Shown in pieces: positions 16,613-24,150 of a DNA stretch of 32,000 bases (position 1 is its first letter; each line of letters starts with the position of its first letter). The position numbers and the translations under genes were made by a program. The stretch comes from Pyrobaculum aerophilum str. IM2 (GTDB lineage: Archaea; Thermoproteota; Thermoprotei; Thermoproteales; Thermoproteaceae). Below the pieces are notes generated by a model. The model was not told the origin of the DNA. It did no database searches and saw nothing but the letters and a program-made list of their open reading frames with translations. The DNA lies in contig NC_003364.1 of the NCBI RefSeq assembly GCF_000007225.1, positions 1,410,001 to 1,442,000 on the forward strand, in the 5' to 3' direction.

Positions 16613-18141
16613 TATACGCCCACGCCGACAACTCGCTGAGGAGCCGCTGTTGGCTCAAAAAAGAGGGCGTCATTGTGGACAGGGGGGTTCGCACAGACCT
16701 CTGCATTACTGAGGACCTCATGTACGTAGTCATTGACCCCGAGCTGCCGGACGACCTCCAGACGGCCTTAACGCTCATAATGTTCCGCGGGGCCGTGCCC
16801 CCGGACGAGAGGGAGTACCCCAAGCTGGTGAGGTCTGTGGCCGAGGGCCTCCGCGACCGCGGAATTTGGTCTTTGTACAAAGACTATCAGGACGTCGTCC
16901 ACTACCTCCTCGACAGGTGGTCCGGCGCGAGGGAGTACATGGGCTACGGGGCGCTGGAGGCCATGATGAGAGACCCCATGTTGACGGAAATAGTAATCCC
17001 CCAGCCGGCGGCCCCCGCCGCCAAGTACACCTACGTTCCCAAATCGCTCAAAGAGCAACTGGACTACATAAGATTCCAAATGGTGGAGCTAGGGCGATAC
17101 CGCCGTGTTATCGCCGTGAGGAATGAACTACGGCTCCCCACTAACATCGTCATCCCAGAGCCGTTGATGTACGTAGTAGTGAAACAGTTACTGCCCTCTC
17201 TCACTATGGACAAGCCCATGCTCACCAGAGAAGACCCGGTGAATAAGGCGAGAATAGCCGCTGATTTATTGGAGTATAACGTCAACATCAGGAAGGTGTC
17301 GGCCCATCCAAAACCCTCAAAATCTCTACTAAAGCCATACGTCACAAGGCCTAGGATAGAGGAGGCCGTCAAGGCGGCAGAGCCCTACAGCCCAGAGGGC
17401 CTTGAGGTGTTGGCCCTGGCCTCGCTCGTGTTGGAGACTAGGGGTAGTGTAGTGTTCTCAGGGGGCATGGGCTCTGGCAAGACGACGCAATTAAATCAAC
17501 TTCTCTACATGATGCCTCCTTGGTTTCAAGTAGTAATTATCGAGAGAGGCGCTAGAGAGATGTGGGCGCCTCTTGACGGCCAGCTACTGCACCTCTCAGT
17601 TCCCAGCGAGGACAAGCTGTGGGCAGCGCTTGATCAAGCACTTAGATACGGCACAATGCACACTGTTGTTGCGTTGGCGGAGGCCAGGACGCCGCAAGAG
17701 CTCCGCACTCTAGTGAATTACAAGCTCACTGGCCACGGGGCGCTTACCACTATGCACGCCGATACGGTTAAAGACGCCCTGTTGCGCATAACCGAGGCAG
17801 AGGCGCCTCCCGAGGGCCTAGATGGCACTCTCGTAATTCAGCTATCCGTCGTGGGCGGCATAAGGTACGTAAAGGAGGTAAAGGCCGTAATCGCTGAGGG
17901 CCGGGAGGTTAAAATAGCCGAGCCGTCGGCGGTAACCCCCAAGCTGGAGGCCTACGTGAGGGAGATGTACGGCGTAGACTTGAAAAAGGAGCTGGCGCTG
18001 AGAGTAGAGGCGTTGTTAAAGTCCAGCGAGGTGGAGGACCCCGCCGCGGCGAGGAGGGCTATTGTGGAAATGCTGTGGGGGGAGAGGCTGGACTTCAAAA
18101 CGGCGGTGGAGGAAGAGGCGAGGCACTTCGGCTATGTCTAG
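16609..18141 (+). CDS. Type II/IV secretion-system ATPase superfamily protein (VirB11/PilB/FlaI/TadA class), divergent
   Basis: N-terminal-domain motif GYGALEAMMRDPMLTEIVI. Walker A FSGGMGSGKTTQL. Asp-box position VVIIERGAREM. Walker B TVVALAEARTPQE. His box LTGHGALTTMHADTVKDALLRI. Confidence 0.8.
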   Translation: MIYAHADNSLRSRCWLKKEGVIVDRGVRTDLCITEDLMYVVIDPELPDDLQTALTLIMFRGAVPPDEREYPKLVRSVAEGLRDRGIWSLYKDYQDVVHYLLDRWSGAREYMGYGALEAMMRDPMLTEIVIPQPAAPAAKYTYVPKSLKEQLDYIRFQMVELGRYRRVIAVRNELRLPTNIVIPEPLMYVVVKQLLPSLTMDKPMLTREDPVNKARIAADLLEYNVNIRKVSAHPKPSKSLLKPYVTRPRIEEAVKAAEPYSPEGLEVLALASLVLETRGSVVFSGGMGSGKTTQLNQLLYMMPPWFQVVIIERGAREMWAPLDGQLLHLSVPSEDKLWAALDQALRYGTMHTVVALAEARTPQELRTLVNYKLTGHGALTTMHADTVKDALLRITEAEAPPEGLDGTLVIQLSVVGGIRYVKEVKAVIAEGREVKIAEPSAVTPKLEAYVREMYGVDLKKELALRVEALLKSSEVEDPAAARRAIVEMLWGERLDFKTAVEEEARHFGYV

Positions 18142-18144
18142 GCA

Positions 18145-18157
18145 AAAGTTTTTCCCC
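18145..18157 (+). promoter_or_regulatory. Cluster motif copy 1 (variant AAAGTTTTTCCCC), 32 nt before ATG 18177
   Basis: Read directly. It starts 4 nt after the ATPase stop codon. The T5 run is centred 26 nt upstream of the ATG. Confidence 0.6.
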
Positions 18158-18176
18158 TCCCCGAGGGAATAGGGCC

Positions 18177-18503
18177 ATGGTGTTGAAAAAGAAAATCCTC
18201 AGCGCGATATTAGAGGAGGCAGATAACGGCGGATTTCAACCAGTGCCCCAGTCGCCTCACTCAATTCAGGAATCTGTCGAGCCGGCAGCGGCGCCCCAGC
18301 CGGTACAGCCGGTAATTACGGCAGGGCCCCAGGCCTCCGGCTGGCAGTACCACTTAGCCGCCGCCATTACGCAAATGCCTGAGGAAATGGCGACTAAATT
18401 GCTCAGCTGTCTGCCTAAAGACTTCATTATTGAAATGTTGAAAAGCCGCTCTAACGACCCGTTGATGAAACTGGCGTTGCTCCTTCTCCAGAGAAATGTG
18501 TAG
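18177..18503 (+). CDS. Hypothetical small soluble protein (Pro/Gln-rich linker, helical C-terminus)
   Basis: I chose the internal ATG at 18177 of track ORF 18075-18503 because it lies 32 nt after the motif. The upstream extension overlaps the ATPase gene. Confidence 0.5.
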   Translation: MVLKKKILSAILEEADNGGFQPVPQSPHSIQESVEPAAAPQPVQPVITAGPQASGWQYHLAAAITQMPEEMATKLLSCLPKDFIIEMLKSRSNDPLMKLALLLLQRNV

Positions 18504-18834
18504 AGTAGAAAAGGCGGCTGTCAGAAAAGGCCTCACAGCCTCTACTGCCAGGTGGCTGTGCGAGCTTGCGAAAGAGCTGAACGTAAAGGAGAAGAAATTG
18601 CTCAAAGCCGTATTAAAACTCGCCAAACACGGCGTTTGGCTAGAGGCTGAGGACTGGCGCCTGGCATCGCGGCTGGTAGATCTCAACAAATACATGGACA
18701 TGGTCGTGGACTATATCATACGCAGAGTTGCCTCGGGCGCCTCCGTCGTGCAAGCAGTTAGAGAGCTCCCCAAGGCCGTGGAGAGGGCGGGGAAGCTCGC
18801 CCACGTGAAAGAAGTGCTGTCAAACTTAGTGTAG
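18496..18834 (+). CDS. Hypothetical helical protein
   Basis: ORF overlapping the upstream gene by 8 nt. The sequence is Lys/Leu/Ala-rich and helical-looking. No recognised motif. Confidence 0.5.
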   Translation: MCRVEKAAVRKGLTASTARWLCELAKELNVKEKKLLKAVLKLAKHGVWLEAEDWRLASRLVDLNKYMDMVVDYIIRRVASGASVVQAVRELPKAVERAGKLAHVKEVLSNLV

Positions 18835-18849
18835 CGACGTTCCAAACTC

Positions 18850-18862
18850 AAGGTTTTTCCCC
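18850..18862 (+). promoter_or_regulatory. Cluster motif copy 2 (AAGGTTTTTCCCC), 31 nt before ATG 18881
   Basis: Read directly. The extended 20-mer AAACTCAAGGTTTTTCCCCT (18844-18863) is identical to copy 5. Confidence 0.65.
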
Positions 18863-18880
18863 TATCCCCCTCCCCTCTCC

Positions 18881-20077
18881 ATGCGGGAGGATTTCTACAT
18901 AACGGCAGCTCCCATCTTCGCCACGTACCTCGGTGTAACCTCGGGCAATGAGGCGCTTAAATATACGGCGTTAAACACCGCCGAGTTAAACGAGGTTGAA
19001 TCTCGGCGCCTTTTCGTGGCGTCGTTAATGCCCACCCCCTCTGCCGTATTTCTAGAGGACAAGAGTGAGGTAGTTAGACAATACGGCTACGCCTTGGCGC
19101 AAGAGGAGGCAGGCGTGGACAGAGCCATAGTGGTACACTCCTTTCTAGAATCAACGAGGGCAGTGGCGGTGTCTAAAACCGAGGCCAAAACGAAGCTATA
19201 CGAATCTCTCACAAACGCAATGGGAGCCCTATTCCTACTCCCCCTCTTTTTATTGTTCCTATGGGCGGTGGGAGTGCTGGCAGTAGATCCCGCGCTCCTC
19301 ATCGCGTTAATTTTCGGCGTCACCGCGGCAGTGGGGGCCGTGGCCGTGGCCTCTACGCCGCGGGATCTCTCCCTCTGGAGGACGTATGAGTGGTCCCTCC
19401 CCGTCGGCCTCGCCGCTGGCGCCCTAGTAGGCCTGCTCGCCTCTCCTCCCGCGGCCTTTCTGGCCTTCGGCCTCACGGCGTTAGGCTGGCTGAAGGCGAG
19501 GGACAGGCTGTGGTGGTTTAGAATTAGGCAGGAGGTCCCGCCGATGCTCAGAGCCGCCGCGGCCATGCTGAAAGAGGGGGCTCCCCCCGATATTATAATC
19601 GCGAGGCTGTCGGGCAGGTTCAGAGTGGCGGCTAAAGTGGCCTACGGCTATTTCATCCCGTCGAGGTATTTCGCCCTGGCCAGGGCTATGTACCGGGCCA
19701 TTGCCGAGGCCGGCGGGGCCTCTGCGGTAAAGGCCGTGGAGTACATCCAGTCTGTCATCGACTTGGAAAACACCGCCGTCAGGAGGACAGTTAAGCTGGC
19801 CGCGGCGTATTTCGCCCTGTTTATAGCCGCGGTGGTGATACTGACTTACTCAGTGGCCACAGCCGTGAAGTCTCTATCGGCGCTGGAGTCTGGATACAAC
19901 CCCTTCTTCACGCCGCCTCCCTACGAGGAGGTGAAGTGGGTGGTGTCAACCGTCATGGCCCTAATAGCCGCCAGCTATATAGCGGTGTTTATATCGGCAG
20001 TGGGAATACACTACTCAGCCACGCTGGGCGGGGCAGTAGGCCTGGCCCTAGAGCGGGCAATACAGCTGTTGCTGTAA
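18881..20077 (+). CDS. Polytopic membrane protein, candidate PilC/TadC/FlaJ-type (T2SSF-like) platform
   Basis: Architecture is a soluble domain of about 110 aa, then a TM cluster, a second soluble helical domain (IRQEVPPMLRAAAAMLKEGAPPDIIIARLS...AIAEAGGASAVKAVEYIQSVI), then a second TM cluster. The second domain resembles the T2SSF repeat pattern. The gene sits between the ATPase and pilin genes. Confidence 0.55.
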   Translation: MREDFYITAAPIFATYLGVTSGNEALKYTALNTAELNEVESRRLFVASLMPTPSAVFLEDKSEVVRQYGYALAQEEAGVDRAIVVHSFLESTRAVAVSKTEAKTKLYESLTNAMGALFLLPLFLLFLWAVGVLAVDPALLIALIFGVTAAVGAVAVASTPRDLSLWRTYEWSLPVGLAAGALVGLLASPPAAFLAFGLTALGWLKARDRLWWFRIRQEVPPMLRAAAAMLKEGAPPDIIIARLSGRFRVAAKVAYGYFIPSRYFALARAMYRAIAEAGGASAVKAVEYIQSVIDLENTAVRRTVKLAAAYFALFIAAVVILTYSVATAVKSLSALESGYNPFFTPPPYEEVKWVVSTVMALIAASYIAVFISAVGIHYSATLGGAVGLALERAIQLLL

Positions 20078-20098
20078 TTCTCCTTTTTCAGGGAGGGC

Positions 20099-20111
20099 AA
20101 GGTTTTTCCCC
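20099..20111 (+). promoter_or_regulatory. Cluster motif copy 3 (AAGGTTTTTCCCC), 32 nt before ATG 20131
   Basis: Read directly. Confidence 0.65.
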
Positions 20112-20130
20112 TCTCCCAAACAAAGGGGAC

Positions 20131-20604
20131 ATGAACCAAAAAACGAGAAGAAAACTAAGAGGCCTGACTACAGTGGAGGCGTTGTTAATAGCCGCCGGCT
20201 TTATAATAGTGGGAGTGATCGGGGCGCTTACATTCCAGCAAATTGGAAAGTCCGCCTCTGAGGCTCTAAGGGCAAACGCCATAGTCACGGCGGATAGGGG
20301 CGGCCTTGACGTTACTGTGGAAGTGCTCAACGGGAAGCTCACCGCTATAGCTCTCAGGTATGGAGAAAGCGGCGGGCAATTAAACGACGCTCGGTTACAA
20401 GGCTGTTGGAGAGCCACCGCAAGTGGTATTACGCCTGGTACACCGTCTTCACGGAATCCCGTAGTGGCCGGGCAGTCCATAACTTGCAGGTTCACTGCCT
20501 CTCTGCAGTCTGGGAGGCAGTACGTCTACGTTATACTGGCAGGCGACGAGAGCGGCAAGACCGTCCAAATCGCCAAGGGAGTAGTCACAGTTGGCATATC
20601 GTAA
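20131..20604 (+). CDS. Prepilin-like protein with class III (type IV pilin) signal peptide
   Basis: The internal ATG of track ORF 19936-20604 gives MNQKTRRKLRG|LTTVEALLIAAGFIIVGVIGALTF. This is a basic leader, Arg-Gly at -2/-1, Glu at +5 and a roughly 20-aa hydrophobic helix. A Gly/Thr/Val-rich, beta-looking domain with 2 Cys follows. Confidence 0.65.
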   Translation: MNQKTRRKLRGLTTVEALLIAAGFIIVGVIGALTFQQIGKSASEALRANAIVTADRGGLDVTVEVLNGKLTAIALRYGESGGQLNDARLQGCWRATASGITPGTPSSRNPVVAGQSITCRFTASLQSGRQYVYVILAGDESGKTVQIAKGVVTVGIS

Positions 20605-20630
20605 ACGCCCAAAAACCCCCCACTTTTTTC

Positions 20631-20643
20631 AAGGTTTTTCCCC
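20631..20643 (+). promoter_or_regulatory. Cluster motif copy 4 (AAGGTTTTTCCCC[C]), 32 nt before ATG 20663
   Basis: Read directly. The spacer down to the ATG is almost pure pyrimidine. Confidence 0.65.
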
Positions 20644-20662
20644 CTCTCTTCTTCCCTTTCTT

Positions 20663-21643
20663 ATGAAGTTGCTAGGGATAATTGCGTTGGTAACACTGGT
20701 CGCGGCCGTATTTGGTCAAATCGTCAGCTGGGTTCCGCCGCACGCCCAGCTGGTGGGCGCGTATGTGTACAACGCCACTCACTTCGCGTATTACAAAGAT
20801 GGCGCGGCTGTATACATCGCGCAGGAGGGCCTTACCTTCAACGGGACTGATGCAGAGGCCCAGGCCGTTATGCAATTTCTCTACTCCCAGTGTAAATACG
20901 TAGCCGTCGAGGTGGAAAACATCACCGTTATTGACGGCGGAGAGCTCTGGCCCTCAGAGGTGTACTGCTCTCAAGACGGCTCCTCCTGGCTCTGGCTGAG
21001 GCTATTGCCCTTAAGATTCGCCGCGTATAAAGGCGATGTTGATTTTGTAAACGCCTCAATAACAGTATACACGCCAATTGGAGTATTTACTGGATACGTC
21101 CCCGCCGGCTGGTATCTAGACAGAGGCACAAACACTGTATTCCGCCTCCCGGGCTTCAACGCCTCTCTAATAACGGAGATACACAAGTTGCAGAGGGCAA
21201 TAACACAGCTGACAGCCCAGCTACAAGCCGTCAGCGCCAACAACAGCCAGCTGTCAGCGCTATTAACACAGCTAAGCGCAAAGGCGAATGAGCTGGAGTC
21301 CCAGCGCAAGGCGCTGGAAGAGGCCGTGAGGCAGAGGGAGAGCGTAATATCCGCCCTCAGCGCCCAGCTACAAGCGGCTAGGGCCGAGGCAGATGCCCTT
21401 AGAAAACAACTGGAGGAGGCCAGGAGAGAAAACGAGGCTCTGAGGGCGAGGCTGGCCGAAATAAACGCCACTTACACTGACATGATTCAACAACTACAGG
21501 CGCAACTAGATCAACTAAGCCAAATGCAACTACAAGCCCAGCCTGATGAGGGCGGCCCCAATCTACTCCCCCTACTGTTTATCGCGCTTATAGCAATAGT
21601 CGGCGCCCTAGTGTACATTAGGAAGAAGAGGGCGGAGGAGTAA
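20663..21643 (+). CDS. Bitopic coiled-coil protein: N-terminal hydrophobic helix, globular domain, about 120-aa Gln/Ala/Leu/Glu coiled coil, C-terminal TM anchor
   Basis: The internal ATG of track ORF 20591-21643 gives MKLLGIIALVTLVAAVFGQ. There is a heptad-like stretch (ITQLTAQLQAVSANNSQLSALLTQLSAKANELESQRKALEEAV...). The C-terminus is LLPLLFIALIAIVGALVYIRKKRAEE. Several N-x-S/T sequons are present. Confidence 0.6.
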   Translation: MKLLGIIALVTLVAAVFGQIVSWVPPHAQLVGAYVYNATHFAYYKDGAAVYIAQEGLTFNGTDAEAQAVMQFLYSQCKYVAVEVENITVIDGGELWPSEVYCSQDGSSWLWLRLLPLRFAAYKGDVDFVNASITVYTPIGVFTGYVPAGWYLDRGTNTVFRLPGFNASLITEIHKLQRAITQLTAQLQAVSANNSQLSALLTQLSAKANELESQRKALEEAVRQRESVISALSAQLQAARAEADALRKQLEEARRENEALRARLAEINATYTDMIQQLQAQLDQLSQMQLQAQPDEGGPNLLPLLFIALIAIVGALVYIRKKRAEE

Positions 21644-21661
21644 ACGGGGAAAGGGAAACTC

Positions 21662-21674
21662 AAGGTTTTTCCCC
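21662..21674 (+). promoter_or_regulatory. Cluster motif copy 5 (AAGGTTTTTCCCC), 31 nt before ATG 21693
   Basis: Read directly. The 20-mer at 21656-21675 is identical to copy 2. Confidence 0.65.
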
Positions 21675-21692
21675 TCCCCTTCCCCCTCTTTC

Positions 21693-21860
21693 ATGCTCCT
21701 GCTCCTAAGGAAATTGCTAGAGGGGCCTTTAACGCTAGAGGAATTTATGAGAGAGGTGTCTAAACTGGGGGAGAGGGATAGGGAGGTAGTCTGGTGGTAC
21801 GTGCGGGTTGTTGACGGCAGAGTAATGCTCAGGGGGTCGGGGCTATGGAGGATTTCATAG
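21693..21860 (+). CDS. 55-aa ORF not in the ORF track (MLLLLRKLLEGPLTLEEFMREVSKLGERDREVVWWYVRVVDGRVMLRGSGLWRIS)
   Basis: Own translation. It is the only ATG at the canonical 31-nt distance from motif copy 5. It overlaps the next ORF by 16 nt. Confidence 0.4.
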   Translation: MLLLLRKLLEGPLTLEEFMREVSKLGERDREVVWWYVRVVDGRVMLRGSGLWRIS

Positions 21861-22288
21861 CCGCCGCCGTATTTATTACAGCTTTGACGGCCTTGTTCAC
21901 ACTGACGGCTTTAGTGCTAAAGCCCTACATGCCCACCGCCTACGTAGAGGCGCCTGTGCAACCGGGCGAGAATACGCCAACTAGGACAATTTACGTCTAC
22001 GCGTACACGGCCGGCGGCGCCGAGAGGTACTACCTAGTGGAATACGTAGGCCCAGACGTAGAGGCGTTTAGGCGGTTTCTGGGAGTGCCGGGCGTGCTGG
22101 CGGCTAAGTTTGAGGTGTACCCGGGTGGCTACCGCTGTGAGTTATACAGAGAAAAGCCCGTTAAAATCGGCGATCCCTACACCGGCTTTTGGTGCCCGCC
22201 TCCCTTTGACGCCCGCGTTGACCCGCGTTGCGTGCCTATTGGCGTTATCTCTAGGGGGAGGTGGTTGTTAGTGCAGTACAAATGCTGA
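21845..22288 (+). CDS. Hypothetical protein with N-terminal hydrophobic helix (candidate minor pilin-like/anchored protein)
   Basis: MEDFIAAAVFITALTALFTLTALVLKP, followed by a Cys-containing soluble domain. Confidence 0.5.
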   Translation: MEDFIAAAVFITALTALFTLTALVLKPYMPTAYVEAPVQPGENTPTRTIYVYAYTAGGAERYYLVEYVGPDVEAFRRFLGVPGVLAAKFEVYPGGYRCELYREKPVKIGDPYTGFWCPPPFDARVDPRCVPIGVISRGRWLLVQYKC

Positions 22289-22292
22289 GGAT

Positions 22293-23390
22293 ATGTACGC
22301 AGTGAGAGATCTCGTGTTATTCGCCGCCTTAACCGCTATGGCCGTAGCCGTAATTGCGTCTTTATTCCCAGTGCGGGAGGGGCCCGCGGAAGTGCCGGTG
22401 TGCTCAGACTGCGCCTTTAAGCTAGTAGGCCCTTATGTCGTGAAACAATACGACAGCTACGCCGCAATACAGCTTGGCGGTAGGCAATTGGCGAGATACG
22501 GCTGGGCATATGTAAACGGCATGCCGCTATTGCCGGGGGAAAACGCCACGTGCCCAACGGCCATGTATCTGTGGGTTGCGGCTGGGAATCTTTACGTGTC
22601 TTGCGACGGCGCTCCCCCCAAGTTCGGGAGGTTTATCGCCGGGCGTCCCACGCTTGTAATAGACACTCTCGGCTTTTGTGACAGCGGGTGCGTCTACGTT
22701 ACGGCCGCAGACGGCTGGGGGGAGGTTGCGCTACCCGTAACTTTTGAATACGGCGCTTTGCATTATCTGAAGACAACCCCCTTCTGGTTCTGCATTAGCG
22801 GGTATCCCGCCCCTCCCTCAGACGGCGTGTATTACTTCGCGGCGCATTTCCCGGGCAACTCCTCTATACCTCCTCTGTGGGCAGAGGCCATGATTACGGT
22901 GAGCACAAAGCTGGTCATAGGCGGTCAGAACTACGTCATGTTGCAGAGTAGCGACTCCTCAGATCTCCGCCCCACGGCGTTGAAGGTCTACAACTTATCG
23001 GCCTACTGGGCTAAAGGGCAGTCCACAGCTAGGATATACGTCAACCGCCACAGATATTTCGACGTTGATAATAAGGGGGCCTTGCTGGACTTTCTACTGG
23101 CATGGGAGGACTGCCTCAGATGCGGCTCTTCAAGCTCTGCAGATCTCTACGTAGACGAGGTGTGGCGCCTTTGGCACGACGGCAGATGGCATTTACAGAG
23201 GCTAAATTCACAAGGCGGCTTTTGGCATGAGGTGCGCCTAAACGGCACATTGATATGGGTATACAACGCCCGCGGCCCGAAAATGAGTTACTTGGAGTGG
23301 TCTGGGACTCTCGCCAGAGTGCAGTTCGCCTCGCGGGACAGCGGTATGAACGCCGTCTTTGAGGTAAAGTTCGAGAGGGTCTGTAGATAG
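22293..23390 (+). CDS. Hypothetical Cys-rich exported protein with N-terminal hydrophobic helix
   Basis: MYAVRDLVLFAALTAMAVAVIASLF. Multiple Cys (CSDC, CPT...SCDG, FCDSGC, CLRC) and N-x-S/T sequons. Confidence 0.55.
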   Translation: MYAVRDLVLFAALTAMAVAVIASLFPVREGPAEVPVCSDCAFKLVGPYVVKQYDSYAAIQLGGRQLARYGWAYVNGMPLLPGENATCPTAMYLWVAAGNLYVSCDGAPPKFGRFIAGRPTLVIDTLGFCDSGCVYVTAADGWGEVALPVTFEYGALHYLKTTPFWFCISGYPAPPSDGVYYFAAHFPGNSSIPPLWAEAMITVSTKLVIGGQNYVMLQSSDSSDLRPTALKVYNLSAYWAKGQSTARIYVNRHRYFDVDNKGALLDFLLAWEDCLRCGSSSSADLYVDEVWRLWHDGRWHLQRLNSQGGFWHEVRLNGTLIWVYNARGPKMSYLEWSGTLARVQFASRDSGMNAVFEVKFERVCR

Positions 23391-23391
23391 T

Positions 23392-24150
23392 ATGTGGTCT
23401 CTTGCCTACGGCCTAATAGCCCTCGCCGTTGTTGCTTTCGCCGTCATGTACGCAGCCCTCCACTTCTCAAAGCCTATTTCTATAAATCTGGCGGAGGATC
23501 TCTATAACGCCAAGAGAAAGGCCCTTGACGTGTTTTACACAGACTCCCTGGCTGTTTTTAGGCGCAACTCCGGCGTTGCGTATTACGTGAGGGTGAACGT
23601 CACGGCATACGACCCGGCTACAAAGAAATACGTGGAATTCCCATTGGGAATGCCAGTGGCCTATAGGCTACAGGGAGAGGCCTCCTACTACATATACTCC
23701 TTGGCGTTAAACGCCACGTGCCTCCTGTCTGCGGCTAAGGCGTATGGAAAGCCCGCTGTGTTGTACGAAGTGGAGGTGTACTATCCACTGGACCCAGCCC
23801 CGTGGCTTGAGGTATACGCCGTAGTGCCTAAATACGACAACTGGACATCGTACCTATACCCAGCCGCTGGGAGGAGCCTGATCCTCACCACAGACCTAGT
23901 GGACTGGAATTTTGGATTTCTCTTCGACGCGGTGAAGGCCGAGTGGGCCTTTATAAACAACGGGACCCGCGCAGTGCTCTACGCCCTTGTGCCTAAAGCC
24001 GCTGTGGGCGTATTAGTGGTGGACTACCCCGCCAAGGCCTTTATTACATGCGGGAGGCTATTCGCACAGCAAGAGGGGGAGGAGGGCAGAGAGGGGGAGA
24101 GAGGCGGCGGGGACAACGGCCCTACTCAGTACATACAGCCGGAGAAATGA
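23392..24150 (+). CDS. Hypothetical protein with N-terminal hydrophobic helix and acidic Gly/Glu-rich C-terminus
   Basis: MWSLAYGLIALAVVAFAVMYAAL. The tail is QQEGEEGREGERGGGDNG. Its stop codon overlaps motif copy 6. Confidence 0.55.
   Translation: MWSLAYGLIALAVVAFAVMYAALHFSKPISINLAEDLYNAKRKALDVFYTDSLAVFRRNSGVAYYVRVNVTAYDPATKKYVEFPLGMPVAYRLQGEASYYIYSLALNATCLLSAAKAYGKPAVLYEVEVYYPLDPAPWLEVYAVVPKYDNWTSYLYPAAGRSLILTTDLVDWNFGFLFDAVKAEWAFINNGTRAVLYALVPKAAVGVLVVDYPAKAFITCGRLFAQQEGEEGREGERGGGDNGPTQYIQPEK

Noticed and set aside
18075-20662. N-terminal extensions given by the ORF track (starts 18075, 19936, 20591 and also 27895)
   Set aside because: Each extension overlaps the upstream gene or contains the conserved promoter-like motif itself. 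The internal ATGs at 18177, 20131, 20663 and 27982 sit at the invariant 31-32 nt spacing and produce sensible N-termini, either signal/pilin-like or soluble.
19087-21471. Long antisense ORFs inside cluster genes (for example 19087-19566, 20088-20495 and 20971-21471, all minus strand)
   Set aside because: They lie opposite well-supported plus-strand genes and have Ala/Ser/Arg-rich low-complexity translations typical of antisense frames of GC-rich coding sequence. No promoter-like boxes are present. The same reasoning applies to the shadow ORFs at 1223-2309, 12379-13778 and 29908-30837.
21180-21540. Apparent nucleotide periodicity (CAGCT/CAGCC/GCGC-rich) that could be taken for a tandem DNA repeat
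   Set aside because: It is the coding sequence of the Gln/Ala/Leu-rich coiled coil. No exact repeat unit recurs, so the periodicity reflects amino-acid bias.
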